DNA from: Candidatus Flemingiibacterium sp.
GTDB taxonomy: Bacteria; Bacillota; Clostridia; Oscillospirales; CAG-272
NCBI GenBank assembly: GCA_045579745.1
Contig: JAZNMQ010000020.1
Location: forward strand, 4,108-68,107
Direction of reading: 5' to 3'
DNA: 64,000 nucleotides
Positions 1 to 10,188 of the stretch are shown here, one piece after another (the first letter of the stretch is position 1; each line of letters begins with the position of its first letter). A model generated the notes under the pieces. It saw only the letters and a program-made list of their open reading frames with translations, had not been told where the DNA came from and did no database searches. Made by a program: the position numbers and the translations under genes.

Positions 1-41
1 TTGCCAATCACACAATATACAAAATAATTTACAAATAGGCG

Positions 42-69
42 TTGATATTTAGAGATTTTATGTTATAAT
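42..69 (+). promoter_or_regulatory. sigma-A-type promoter for the GH9 gene
   Basis: TTGATA at 42-47, a 16-nt spacer, then extended -10 TGtTATAAT at 61-69. It lies about 100 nt upstream of the ATG at 171. Confidence 0.5.
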
Positions 70-170
70 AAAGTTTGTAGGAACATATTTACAAAAATAT
101 TTCAACAGACTTTTTAAAAAAACAAATCACGATAGGTATGTGCGTGATCAGATCGAAAAGGAGGCGTTGT

Positions 171-2714
171 ATGTTTTTTAAAACAATGCGCAAATACACA
201 TCATTGATTGTTCTTGTCGGCATTCTGGCAGCAGTTTCAATCGGATGTGACAGCACGGCAAACGATAATATGGGGGATGATAGCATGAGCAACGAAAATC
301 AGATGATCGACCAAGCAGGAAATGCAGATATTGATTGGGTAAGCCATCCATTTGAGGGCAAAGCAAGCAATCTTAACGATATTCAGCCCGTTTGGGAAGG
401 CAACGGTAATATACTGCGAGTATGCAACATTTCAAACGATATTCTATCCCTATACATGGAGGATGGATATTTAACGGATGTACAGCTTATCGAATATGTG
501 CCCCAAAGCGGCGATTCGATACAATCGTACACAGAATGGAGAGGCTTTGAGGTAAGAGAGCTTTTCCGCAAGAGATCCCGTATTGGCATACTCATTGACG
601 GAGATAAGCAGCTGTCGATTCCTGAAAAGTTTGTTGGCAAACAAACGGAAATTGCACAGCTCGAAAATGCACAGAATTACACGATCTATTCGCACGATGA
701 CCCTGATTACAACAAGTATGTGAAGCCTGCAGAGGTGTGGATAAAGTCTATACCAGGCAATTACAGCAGCCATACAACCGAGCATGTTACAAATAATACA
801 GTATATTTGAAGTTGGATAAGCCCATGAAGGAAGGGTGCAGCTACTACATTGTACTTGACAATATCAATGTAGAGCAGACTGCCGGAGTGTATAAATATG
901 ATACAAAAAATGTTGTATCAGAAGCTGTACATACAAATCAAGCAGGCTACAGACCTGATGACCCCGGTAAATGCGCGTACTTGTCTGTATGGCTTGGAAC
1001 CGGCGGAAAAATGAAATATCCAACCGGAATGAAATTCTATATTGTCAACGAAAACGGTGAGGAAGTATTCACCGGCAAGACAAAGCTTGCATTGGCAAGC
1101 AGCGTGCCGGAGTTCTCGAGTCAGAAGAATCTAAACTTCACTGATGTTTACCGTATGGATTTCTCCGACCTCACAACGCCTGGTAAATATACGCTTTATG
1201 TAGAAGGTGTCGGTGCAGGCTACGATTTTGTTATTTCAGATGACGCATGGGAAGACGCTTTGAAGATATCGATGAAAGGCTTCTATAATCAACGCAGCGG
1301 TATTGAGCTCTTGCCGGAATATACAGATTATGTTAAGCCTCGTTCTATGCATCCGGATGACGGATTTGTAGTTTATGCATCCACATGCTCCTTGCTTGAT
1401 TCCGGAAACGGATTAAATGCGCTTGGAACAGACGAGGACAACTTTGGCAATCTTGTTGCCGGACTCACCGATGAAGTTGTTGAGAACGCTTGGGGCGGAT
1501 ATTTCGATGCAGGTGACTGGGACAGACGTATTACTCATTTGGAGGCCACTCGTCTGCAGCTTGAGCTGTTCTTACTTAATCCTGATTATTTTGAGGGATT
1601 GGATCTGAACATACCCGAGTCAAGCAATAAAATTCCGGATATGTTGGATGAAGCGATGTGGAATATCGACTGCTATAAGAGAATGCAGCTTGAAGATGGC
1701 GGTATACGCGGAGGAATTGAATCCGCGGAGCATCCGAAGACATCTGAAACGAGCTGGACTGAATCGCTCACTATTATGGCATATGCTCCTGACCATTGGT
1801 CGGCGTACCTCTATACCGGAGCTGCTGCAAGACTTGCCTCCTGCCTGAAAATCGTTGGCGAAAACGAGCTAGCAGATGAATATTTGCAAAGCGCAATTAA
1901 GGCATTTAATTGGGCAGAAAAGGAATATGCTGTCTGGAAAGACAGAACGGACGTTACCGAAAAATCAAAGGCAAAATGTGTAACAGAACGTCTTCAGGCA
2001 TGCGCTGACTTATACTACGCAACAGAAGATAAAGTATACGGTGATATTTATAAATCAGCCTTGCCTTTGAATGGAAGCAACAGTATTAATAGCTTGGGTG
2101 ATTACGAGATCGAAGACGCTGTATTTGCTTATACAATGCTTCCGGAGGAGCTGCGTGACGAAGAAGTATACAAAATTTGCTCGGATGCTATTATTGAGTT
2201 GGCAGAATCCACAATGCAGTTTCAGGCTTCCAACGCCTTTAATATCGCCGGCAGAAATGCATATGAGTATCGTGGATGGGGCTTCTACGGCTCTCCTAAG
2301 GCAAATGCTCTTGCCAGAGCCCACCATTTAACGGGAGAGAATAAATATCTGTTATGGCTCGTAAGAGCTACTCAGTTCGCTACAGGCTGCAATTCGCTGA
2401 GCATATCCTTTACAACAGGACTTGGTGAGAATGCAGTACGCTATCCTCTGATCGTAGACCAAAGAAACGGTGGCCTTAAGAACCCGCCTGTAGGAATAAC
2501 AACATACGGTCCGTTTGAAAAACAGTATACCGGTGGCATGTGGTTCCTTGCAGATAAGAAGTATATTCATAATTATATTTATCCTGCGTGGGAACAATGG
2601 CCTGATCTTGATTCCTATCTTGACACCTACAGATTTGCAGACAACTGCGAATTTACCGTACACGGTTCTATGGGCATAAGCGCTTATTTGTGGGGCTATT
2701 TAGCTCAACGATAA
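171..2714 (+). CDS. glycoside hydrolase family 9-like secreted lipoprotein
   Basis: ORF 138-2714. I moved the start to ATG 171 because AAAGGAGG at 157-164 precedes it. Signal peptide with a lipobox-like AVSIGC. GH9-type motif GGYFDAGDWDRR in a long catalytic domain. Confidence 0.75.
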   Translation: MFFKTMRKYTSLIVLVGILAAVSIGCDSTANDNMGDDSMSNENQMIDQAGNADIDWVSHPFEGKASNLNDIQPVWEGNGNILRVCNISNDILSLYMEDGYLTDVQLIEYVPQSGDSIQSYTEWRGFEVRELFRKRSRIGILIDGDKQLSIPEKFVGKQTEIAQLENAQNYTIYSHDDPDYNKYVKPAEVWIKSIPGNYSSHTTEHVTNNTVYLKLDKPMKEGCSYYIVLDNINVEQTAGVYKYDTKNVVSEAVHTNQAGYRPDDPGKCAYLSVWLGTGGKMKYPTGMKFYIVNENGEEVFTGKTKLALASSVPEFSSQKNLNFTDVYRMDFSDLTTPGKYTLYVEGVGAGYDFVISDDAWEDALKISMKGFYNQRSGIELLPEYTDYVKPRSMHPDDGFVVYASTCSLLDSGNGLNALGTDEDNFGNLVAGLTDEVVENAWGGYFDAGDWDRRITHLEATRLQLELFLLNPDYFEGLDLNIPESSNKIPDMLDEAMWNIDCYKRMQLEDGGIRGGIESAEHPKTSETSWTESLTIMAYAPDHWSAYLYTGAAARLASCLKIVGENELADEYLQSAIKAFNWAEKEYAVWKDRTDVTEKSKAKCVTERLQACADLYYATEDKVYGDIYKSALPLNGSNSINSLGDYEIEDAVFAYTMLPEELRDEEVYKICSDAIIELAESTMQFQASNAFNIAGRNAYEYRGWGFYGSPKANALARAHHLTGENKYLLWLVRATQFATGCNSLSISFTTGLGENAVRYPLIVDQRNGGLKNPPVGITTYGPFEKQYTGGMWFLADKKYIHNYIYPAWEQWPDLDSYLDTYRFADNCEFTVHGSMGISAYLWGYLAQR

Positions 2715-2779
2715 GTTGAAAGCTCTTCAGCACTTAACTTGGGAATCGTCGTACAGACAAAGCTTTCCATAAATTTGAT

Positions 2780-2820
2780 ATGCACCCCGGAAGACAGACA
2801 CTTTTGGGGTGCATGTTTTA
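2780..2820 (+). terminator. intrinsic terminator after the GH9 gene
   Basis: Hairpin ATGCACCCC (2780-2788) / GGGGTGCAT (2806-2814) followed by a T-rich tract. Confidence 0.6.
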
Positions 2821-2905
2821 TGCTCAAATCGAAAGAAATACTCCTAAAAACCTGAAATATATTAAATAATTACCGCAACGCCGTAACAGAGTTAGGCTTT
2901 TCCTG

Positions 2906-3340
2906 TTATTTTTGTCCCGTGCAATGATCATCAGATTTGCCGTGTTTCATTAAAACAGCATGAAGGAGCTTTAGTGTACCAAGGTAAATTAGTTTACCGA
3001 TAATCGATATTATAGTGTAACATACGCCGAAAACCAGACCGCATACAGCGCTTCTGCCAATGGCTATGCCGTCAATCGCTAAACCATTCAGAAAGAATGT
3101 AAGGATCAACATGAGCAGTGTGGTCGCAAAGTAAAGTCGTTTCTGTGATGGTTCCAATATAATTCCCGACAACACCCCATGAATCAAAAAGAAGATAGGA
3201 AATATATTGAAGGCCAACCAAGTATCGTAGTCCCCATAACCTACACGATGATTTGGCATGGATTCCATAAACAGTACGCTCACGGCTACGGTAAAAGTAA
3301 ATAGAACAAAGATTATAGCTCGAAATGCTCGATTTGACAT
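2906..3340 (-). CDS. small integral membrane protein, function unknown
   Basis: ORF 2906-3370. ATG 3340 is preferred over the TTG at 3370. About four hydrophobic spans are visible in the translation. No recognisable family motif. Confidence 0.55.
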   Translation of the reverse strand: MSNRAFRAIIFVLFTFTVAVSVLFMESMPNHRVGYGDYDTWLAFNIFPIFFLIHGVLSGIILEPSQKRLYFATTLLMLILTFFLNGLAIDGIAIGRSAVCGLVFGVCYTIISIIGKLIYLGTLKLLHAVLMKHGKSDDHCTGQK

Positions 3341-3526
3341 TTTGTGATTCTCTCTTTCAAATAAAGACAACGCGGATTATATGCCGCGAGTTAAAAGAAC
3401 AACCAATATGCGTACAGAATGCTGCATATACCGATGGCAAACAGTATGTAAGTCGCTGTTTTCCTATTCTCGGCTGTAATAATGCAGTTTTGCATGATGT
3501 TATCATTCAACTTATTCGCGATCTCT

Positions 3527-6391
3527 TTATGAAGCAAGCTTGCTCGGGATCACATCTTTTTCATTGATAAGATGCAGACTGTCATTCTCAATCCAACCGT
3601 AATATACGTCAGATGTTTCGCTTAAATCTATTTTAAGGAGCAGATCATGAGATTTATATTGCAGATTGGATTCAGTGTAAATCCAGAATTGGTGTGCTTC
3701 CGGGAAGATACTTTGAACTACGCTGTTGATATCACACTTGAGAATTGCACCGTTTTCGCGTTTGTATAGGGTAATAATTGCTCCCATAGAACCGTATGCT
3801 TCAAGCACCATATCCCCAACTGCAGTCGCACTCTTATTACAGACCAGTATCAAATTGGGATTGCTATTCTCGAATGTATAATAGCATATGTCAGATGAGT
3901 TCGCTCCGGTTTCATAGGAAAGGATAAGTCCGTCTTCGCCAAGTACATTCTCAAATGGCTGCCATTTGACCGTATCACGGTATGCAGGGCTGATTTCACG
4001 AAAAGCCGTGTACATATCATTGGTCTTTATTGCGGCATAAGTTTTTGAGCCTTTTGTGTCCACTATGACAAACGACATATTGTTATATGATATCTCGTTA
4101 TATTCACGGGCAATGTCTTCAGGCAGAATCGCGACGGTACTATCACCGTCAAATTTTATAGCTGTCCATGTGAATTGGTCGAGATCATGTATCTGATGAT
4201 CTTCAGCTTCTTCGGAAGATGGATAATATGGAATTACAGTTTCACCTTCAAACACCAGCGTCTTACCCACAAGGTGCTGATACGAGGGTGCATCGCAGGC
4301 GCGAATATCCATAAGCAATGTTGTGCCTTCGATTCCCATCGAGTACCCGAGAGTAAATTTCAATGTGAATTCTGCTTCCTTTGCCGATTGGCTGAGTGAA
4401 CGGAGCGTTGCTGTTTGCTCATAGCTAAGAGGATTTATGGTATATGTACCAACATAGCGGCTTGCATCCTTTTCGGATCCTATACCATCATCAAACTGTA
4501 TCTGTGCAGTTCTGGTGACGATAGAAAGGCGATATGAATGTTCGCCGTTATCATCTGTGTAACTGCTGTCCCATACGCCGTTGAATGTGTCATCCAAAAC
4601 CAATGTCGGCGAATCGGCATATCCATCCGTATTCGGTACAAAAGTCAGCGGAATAGGATCTTTTACAGTTAATGTATCAACACCGCTGCTTTCACAGATA
4701 AAGTGAACAAAGCCGCCGTATTCGTACAGTTTTCCTTTAACCTCAGACTCCGGATAAATTTTGATCTCTCCATTATCTGCATATCTGCCAATAAGCTTTG
4801 CGGTGAAATCTCCCGTTTCAACGTCATACTGATAGGTGCCTTCATAATTGATCGGGCCGCCTGTACCCACAAGACCGGCATTCGCATAAATGGTTCCGTC
4901 ATTTTGAATATAGATGGAATGGCTCCAGAAATCATAGTTGAAATTGCCCTGTATGAAACGGTATGCGAGGCAGGTAAACATTCCGTCAAGCTCTCCGGTG
5001 TACGGTTTTCCGTTTTTGAGAACCTTATCCTTTGTAAAGGTTTCAACTTCCTCCACAGATTCGATATTACCGTCTTGGGAAGTAACACGGTATGTTCGAA
5101 GAGATTTGAAGTTTCCCATCGACCACCACGAATTGCCTACACCCATAACGTAATACAGTGTTCCGTCTTCACCCGCATGGAGGACATTACCGTCAGGAAA
5201 GCGTGCTTCTGTCCCCTTGCCATATACACCGGCAACGGTTATGAAGTCCCGTTCATCTTCAAGAGGAATGTCGACCTTATATTGGGTTTTATCTTCGGTC
5301 GTCCCAGCATCCGTTTCGGGCGAGAACCGCTCAAGCGTCACTGTACGGGACGATGAATCTTTATCGATCGTAACATATATCTGCGTTTTATCATCTGAAT
5401 ATTTCAGCTCGCGTATATACTCTCCGGCATCTAATACCAAATCCACAAAAAACGTTCCATCAAAGCTTCTTATTGTATTCCAATAAGCGTAAACGATCGT
5501 GCTGATATCATCACCATAATATGTTGGAACAGAACCGGTAAAATGATGTTCGATCTTTTGAGCTTCGGGATTGATCACAGCAAAAAGGCTGATGTTCGGA
5601 TTGATATGTCCAGCTGCGATCACATATTCACCTATGCGTCCCCACTCCTCTACGCCGTTAACTCCGGAATATATCTCAGATAAATCATATTTGACTCCGT
5701 CATATTCGAACGTTTGCCAAGGTTTTGGCTCCACGGGCATCTGCCCCAAGGCTTCAAATAGCTTTTCTGCCATCAATTCAAACGACGAAAAGCGGATTTC
5801 TCCGTCTTCGGTCAAGGTATAGGTACAATACGCCGTAGCAGAGAGCTCACGGTTGTTTTCGGTCATAGTCGCATCAACTTTGACCGTATAATTGCCGTTT
5901 TCAGCGTTTTCAAGAGTAATATTATAGCTTTCTCCGACATCATATCCAAACAAGGCGGTATATCCGTCAAAACGGAACAGTCTGCCTTCAATCTCTGCAA
6001 AAAGCGGGTGCTGGTCTTCAACAGTTTTGGACATCAGCTCATCAGTGAGTTCTGCGCTGAAGTACTGTTCACAAAACTCACGAAGCTCAGCAAGTGTGGT
6101 GTACCCATTAATATCAACCTCTCTGTATTCAGCTCCGTCCTTGGAGGTTGTAGCATTTGTATAGATATCACTGCGGTAGCCGGTAAACAGGGCATACACA
6201 TGCTCTGCGTCATGGTAAAAATCCAAGAATTTCTCAGGCAGATCCGTGTCGGGAGATGAGCCTTGATGGAGATTGTTATCCGTGCTTTCGGTCTGAGTTC
6301 CATCATCAGAATCAGTGTCAGACGAACAACCTACTGCACTCAATGTAAAAATAAGTGCAAGGATCAAGCATATCCAGATGTATTTTTTCAT
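3527..6391 (-). CDS. large secreted lipoprotein, function unknown
   Basis: ORF 3527-6415. I moved the start to ATG 6391, which is preceded by GGGAGGGG. Signal peptide MKKYIWICLILALIFTLSAVGC with a lipobox. 954 aa with no catalytic motif I recognise. Confidence 0.8.
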   Translation of the reverse strand: MKKYIWICLILALIFTLSAVGCSSDTDSDDGTQTESTDNNLHQGSSPDTDLPEKFLDFYHDAEHVYALFTGYRSDIYTNATTSKDGAEYREVDINGYTTLAELREFCEQYFSAELTDELMSKTVEDQHPLFAEIEGRLFRFDGYTALFGYDVGESYNITLENAENGNYTVKVDATMTENNRELSATAYCTYTLTEDGEIRFSSFELMAEKLFEALGQMPVEPKPWQTFEYDGVKYDLSEIYSGVNGVEEWGRIGEYVIAAGHINPNISLFAVINPEAQKIEHHFTGSVPTYYGDDISTIVYAYWNTIRSFDGTFFVDLVLDAGEYIRELKYSDDKTQIYVTIDKDSSSRTVTLERFSPETDAGTTEDKTQYKVDIPLEDERDFITVAGVYGKGTEARFPDGNVLHAGEDGTLYYVMGVGNSWWSMGNFKSLRTYRVTSQDGNIESVEEVETFTKDKVLKNGKPYTGELDGMFTCLAYRFIQGNFNYDFWSHSIYIQNDGTIYANAGLVGTGGPINYEGTYQYDVETGDFTAKLIGRYADNGEIKIYPESEVKGKLYEYGGFVHFICESSGVDTLTVKDPIPLTFVPNTDGYADSPTLVLDDTFNGVWDSSYTDDNGEHSYRLSIVTRTAQIQFDDGIGSEKDASRYVGTYTINPLSYEQTATLRSLSQSAKEAEFTLKFTLGYSMGIEGTTLLMDIRACDAPSYQHLVGKTLVFEGETVIPYYPSSEEAEDHQIHDLDQFTWTAIKFDGDSTVAILPEDIAREYNEISYNNMSFVIVDTKGSKTYAAIKTNDMYTAFREISPAYRDTVKWQPFENVLGEDGLILSYETGANSSDICYYTFENSNPNLILVCNKSATAVGDMVLEAYGSMGAIITLYKRENGAILKCDINSVVQSIFPEAHQFWIYTESNLQYKSHDLLLKIDLSETSDVYYGWIENDSLHLINEKDVIPSKLAS

Positions 6392-6663
6392 AATGCCCCT
6401 CCCTTTCAGCAGCATAATATCAAGACAGTTTAAATTATTTATCAGTGATGAATTGTATTTACGCGTTATTCTGTCAATTAGACGAAATTCGCGTCATTTT
6501 TGTTCCCATCCAATGTGAAAAATCACAGATGGCACTGCAGAACAAAGCTATCGGGAAATACCCCTGACCGAATTCTGAAGTTGAGTACAGAATGATTGAT
6601 ATATTTTGCAAAAATGTATGTTCAAACGCTTCAGAAAGGCAGCGACTCATTACCTATAGACGA

Positions 6664-6692
6664 TTGACAATTTGACAAAATGGTGTTATAAT
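6664..6692 (+). promoter_or_regulatory. sigma-A-type promoter of the repeat-lipoprotein / kinase-like / PqqD operon
   Basis: TTGACA 6664-6669, a 17-nt spacer, then extended -10 TGtTATAAT 6684-6692. Confidence 0.65.
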
Positions 6693-6864
6693 ATATGGTG
6701 TATAAAAATATCCATTTGGTATTGCTTGCCACGGTAGAGTGCTGCCGCCTGAAAATTGGCAGTACAATTACCAATTTGCGCGAGATCTATGATTTTGACC
6801 TCGACCAATATCAATCAAATAAGGTCTGCCTTAATTGGCAGATAATTTTAAAGGAAGAGTAAAA

Positions 6865-7602
6865 ATGAAGAAACTGATTTTATTGATACTTACCCTTGCT
6901 TTGTGTATTTCGCTCGCTGCTTGCGGAGCTGATGACGAGAATAGCGGCGATACGGAAGCACCTGAGCAAGACATTAGTGAAAACACAAGCGATAATTCAG
7001 GCAATGCTGACGCCGATACAACCGCAGGTGATGAAGCCGCCGATCCCGATACACTCGAGTCGAGTGATACTTCTCCTGACGACACAACCAAGTCAGATGA
7101 CACAACTGCTGCTCCCGATACGACCGAGTCAACCGATTCTTCCTCTGACGACACGACCAAGTCAGATGACACAACCGCTGCTCCCGATACGACCTGGTCG
7201 AGCGATTCTTCCTCTGACGACACGACCAAGTCAGATGACACAACTGCTGCTCCTGATACAACCGAATCAAGTGATACTTCCTCTGACGACACAATTAAGT
7301 CAGATGACACAACCGCTGCTCCCGATACGACCGGGTCGAGCGATTCTTCCTCTGACGACACAACTAAGGCTGAGGACACAACCGGATCTCCCGATACGAC
7401 CGAGTCAACCGATTCTTCCTCCGAGGACACGACTACGGCTGAGGATACAACTGCTGCTCCTGATACAACCGAGTCAGATGATACTTCTTCCGAGGATACA
7501 ACTACGTCCGACGACACGACTAAGTCTGAGGACACAACTTCCGGCAGTGGAAACAGCGGCGGCAATCAAGGCAGTATACTATTGCCACCCGACGAATTTT
7601 AA
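6865..7602 (+). CDS. acidic Ser/Thr/Asp-rich tandem-repeat lipoprotein
   Basis: ORF 6835-7602. Start placed at ATG 6865, after AAAGGAAGAG. Signal peptide MKKLILLILTLALCISLAAC with a classical lipobox LAAC. The mature part is almost entirely D/S/T/E/A/P and ends in GSILLPPDEF. Confidence 0.8.
   Translation: MKKLILLILTLALCISLAACGADDENSGDTEAPEQDISENTSDNSGNADADTTAGDEAADPDTLESSDTSPDDTTKSDDTTAAPDTTESTDSSSDDTTKSDDTTAAPDTTWSSDSSSDDTTKSDDTTAAPDTTESSDTSSDDTIKSDDTTAAPDTTGSSDSSSDDTTKAEDTTGSPDTTESTDSSSEDTTTAEDTTAAPDTTESDDTSSEDTTTSDDTTKSEDTTSGSGNSGGNQGSILLPPDEF
7045..7527 (+). repeat. seven tandem 69-bp (23-aa) repeats inside the lipoprotein gene
   Basis: Unit PDTTESxDSSSDDTTKSDDTTAA is repeated in frame. 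Units start at 7045, 7114, 7183 and so on. The last units are degenerate. Confidence 0.9.
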
Positions 7603-7604
7603 TT

Positions 7605-8318
7605 ATGACGCAAACCTATAAATTAGCTTGCCACTCCTTTGCGATCTGCTCTTTTCATGAGGCGGTGCATCGGATGTTCAGAGATTACAAAACCGACGAG
7701 CAAGCCGAGTTTATCATTACAACCGAGCAGGCTGACATCGATTTTGAGCGAAGCCGTGCAACCTCTGACGGATTTTCCGACAGCTACCTCGAAACCCTTG
7801 CGGTTTACAGAAAGCTTTGCGAAAAGCTGATTGAGGACGATATAGTGCTGTTTCATTGCTCGGCACTTGAAATAGACGGCACAGCATATCTATTCACCGC
7901 GCCGAGCGGCACGGGAAAATCCACGCATACAAGGCTTTGGCGTGAGTATTTCGGAAGCCGCGTAACGATGATAAACGATGACAAGCCGCTTTTGAAGATT
8001 GACGATAACAAAATCACAGTTTACGGCACGCCCTACGGTGGTAAGGATAGAATTCAGACAAACACTTCGGCAAAAGTGGGCGGTATTGTCATTTTGCACC
8101 AGGCAAAGGAAAACACTATCCGCAGAATCACACCAAAGGAAGCCTATCCAATGCTGTTTAATCAAACTCACAGACCGAGCGATATATCAAAGCTCACTCG
8201 CACGATGGAGCTCGTTCAAGCAATTGCAAAACTGCCGATTTATTCACTCGGCTGCAATATTTCAAGCGAGGCAGTCGAGCTTTGCTACAACTCATTGACA
8301 GGAGATAAAAAGAAATGA
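7605..8318 (+). CDS. HPr kinase/phosphorylase-like (HprK-related) P-loop protein
   Basis: ATG lies 2 nt after the stop of the upstream gene. P-loop FTAPSGTGKSTHTRLW resembles the HprK C-terminal domain GxSGxGKS. Confidence 0.7.
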   Translation: MTQTYKLACHSFAICSFHEAVHRMFRDYKTDEQAEFIITTEQADIDFERSRATSDGFSDSYLETLAVYRKLCEKLIEDDIVLFHCSALEIDGTAYLFTAPSGTGKSTHTRLWREYFGSRVTMINDDKPLLKIDDNKITVYGTPYGGKDRIQTNTSAKVGGIVILHQAKENTIRRITPKEAYPMLFNQTHRPSDISKLTRTMELVQAIAKLPIYSLGCNISSEAVELCYNSLTGDKKK

Positions 8319-8581
8319 AATTAAAAGAGGGCGTATTTTTACACAAAACAGGAAGCGAATTCATGGGCGTTACTCAGGGCAAAGCGGCAAAGGCATTCAA
8401 CGGCTTGATTCGCAACAACGAAACTGCAAATGAGATCTATATTCTTTTGCAGAATGAAACCACCGAGGAAGCTGTGGTCGATGCCATGTGCGAAAAGTAT
8501 GACGCGCCACGAGAAGTAATAGCAAGGGATGTTCACGGTGTGATCGAACAGATTCGCGCCGCAGGACTGCTTGATGAATAA
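8315..8581 (+). CDS. PqqD-family protein (RiPP recognition element-like)
   Basis: ATGA overlap with the upstream stop. 88 aa. The length and C-terminal helix pattern (EVIARDVHGVIEQIRAAGLL) are typical of PqqD/RRE proteins. Confidence 0.7.
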   Translation: MKLKEGVFLHKTGSEFMGVTQGKAAKAFNGLIRNNETANEIYILLQNETTEEAVVDAMCEKYDAPREVIARDVHGVIEQIRAAGLLDE

Positions 8582-9011
8582 GCCATCGGTTTTGGCAGAC
8601 GAGCTGTCAAAGGGTAAGGCCGTACTGTCTGGCACATCTGGGGACAGCATGCAGCCGCTTTTGTATCAAGGGAAAACACAGATCGTTTTAGTGCCGATTA
8701 CTTCCCCGCTTAAAAAATGGGATTTACCCCTCTATCGCCGTCCGAGCGGTCAGTTTGTTCTGCACCGAATTATAAAATCGGACGATGAGTTTTACTATAC
8801 AAGGGGCGACAACAGGCATGGGCTTGAAAAAGTTCCTAAGGAATGGTGCCTCGGTGTGGTCAGCGAGATCAAGCGAGCAGGCAAAACCATATCCGTAACC
8901 GATAAGGGTTATCGTGCCTATTTGCATTTTTGGAGCCTGATTTACCCGTTTAGATACGTTTGGTACAGAATAAGAAGCATTATTAAATCTGTTCGCAGGA
9001 GATTAAAATGA
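8571..9011 (+). CDS. S24/S26-family serine peptidase (signal-peptidase-I/LexA-like fold)
   Basis: 11-nt overlap with the PqqD gene. Nucleophile motif SGDSMQPLL and a downstream TRGDN box. Confidence 0.65.
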   Translation: MMNKPSVLADELSKGKAVLSGTSGDSMQPLLYQGKTQIVLVPITSPLKKWDLPLYRRPSGQFVLHRIIKSDDEFYYTRGDNRHGLEKVPKEWCLGVVSEIKRAGKTISVTDKGYRAYLHFWSLIYPFRYVWYRIRSIIKSVRRRLK

Positions 9012-10168
9012 CAGACGAGAAAAATCAATCGATATACAATTTAATCTACCTCGTTGGCTGCGCTGTGACCGGAACTGCCACAGATCCCGAACGCGTGTCA
9101 AAAATGGATCTGCAAAAGGTCTATCATGCTTCAAGCCGGCACATGATGACCGCTTTGGTGTGGGAAGCTATCAAAAATTCACCCATAGCCGATAATGAGC
9201 TCATGGAAAAATTCTCCAAAAAGAGCGTCAAGGCGGCTCGAAAAAATCTGCTTCTTGACACCGAGAGAGCAAGGCTTTGCGCCTATCTCGACACACTCGG
9301 CGTTTGGAGAATTCCGCTCAAAGGTGTTGTACTTAAGGAACTCTACCCTAAGCAGGAAATGCGACAGATGTCGGATAACGATATTCTCTTTGACAGGGCA
9401 TTTGAAGAAGAGGTTCATAAATGGTTTTTGGGCGAGGGCTATGAAGTTGTTGTCTACAGAAGAACCAACCATAATACCTACAAAAAAGAACCCATCTATA
9501 ATTTTGAAATGCACACCGCGCTCATGGGAGCCTCAGCTGATGAGCGTTGGCAACGCTATTACGAAAATGTCAAGGAACGTCTTGTCAAAGACGACAGCGG
9601 CGAGTACGGCTATCATTTTACGGACGATGATTTTTATATCTATATCACAACTCACGCCTACAAGCATTACAGCAATAGAGGAACCGGACTTCGCTCCCTG
9701 CTTGACACCTTTGTATATTTGAATGTAAAGGGCGACACGCTCAATTTTGACTACATACAGGCTGAATGCGAAAAACTTGGCATTGCGGAATTTGAATCAG
9801 CACAAAGAAGCCTCACGAAAAGGGTATTTTCACAGCCCGACAGCTTTTCTCCTGATGATCTTTCCGAGGCTGTAGCCGAAATGCTCTCATATTTCGCGTT
9901 TTCGGGTACATACGGCACACAAGCAAATCACGTAGAAAATGCTCTAAAGGGAATAGGCGGCAAAAACGCCAAAATGAAATATATGATTTCAAGGCTCTTC
10001 CCTCCTATGGAATTTTATAAAAACCACTATCCGAAAATCTACAAAAGTAAGATCTTGATTCCGTTTTTCTGCGTATACCGCATTTTGAGGATCCCGTTCA
10101 AAGGTGCCAAACGAATTTGGAATGAATTAGGGCATGTACTTCGCAGCAAAGCCAATAAAACAGAATAA
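9008..10168 (+). CDS. uncharacterised nucleotidyltransferase family protein (PF14907-like)
   Basis: ATGA overlap with the upstream stop. Motif LKGVVLKELYPKQEMRQMSDNDILFD matches the KG..L...YP...R..D.D.L signature of this family. Confidence 0.65.
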   Translation: MTDEKNQSIYNLIYLVGCAVTGTATDPERVSKMDLQKVYHASSRHMMTALVWEAIKNSPIADNELMEKFSKKSVKAARKNLLLDTERARLCAYLDTLGVWRIPLKGVVLKELYPKQEMRQMSDNDILFDRAFEEEVHKWFLGEGYEVVVYRRTNHNTYKKEPIYNFEMHTALMGASADERWQRYYENVKERLVKDDSGEYGYHFTDDDFYIYITTHAYKHYSNRGTGLRSLLDTFVYLNVKGDTLNFDYIQAECEKLGIAEFESAQRSLTKRVFSQPDSFSPDDLSEAVAEMLSYFAFSGTYGTQANHVENALKGIGGKNAKMKYMISRLFPPMEFYKNHYPKIYKSKILIPFFCVYRILRIPFKGAKRIWNELGHVLRSKANKTE

Positions 10169-10188
10169 GTATTGAGTTCAGACAAAAA

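Noticed and set aside
4703-5356. 217-aa plus-strand ORF (and several smaller ones) inside the large lipoprotein gene.
   Set aside because: It is antisense to a much longer ORF that has an RBS and a signal peptide. It has no RBS and an odd composition.
6695-6862. 55-codon ORF (MVYKNIHLVLLATVECCRLKIGS...) in the leader, just upstream of the repeat-lipoprotein gene. I considered it as a possible precursor peptide for the PqqD/RRE cassette.
   Set aside because: Its ATG lies directly after the -10 box (6687-6692), so upstream of the predicted transcription start. It has no Shine-Dalgarno sequence. It is worth re-checking only if 5-prime mapping shows a transcript that starts further upstream.
6831-7621. 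Long alternative-frame ORFs over the repeat region (6831-7565 minus, 6896-7621 plus, 6974-7294 minus).
   Set aside because: They are artefacts of the 69-bp tandem repeat, which stays open in several frames. Only the 6865 frame has an RBS, a signal peptide and a lipobox.
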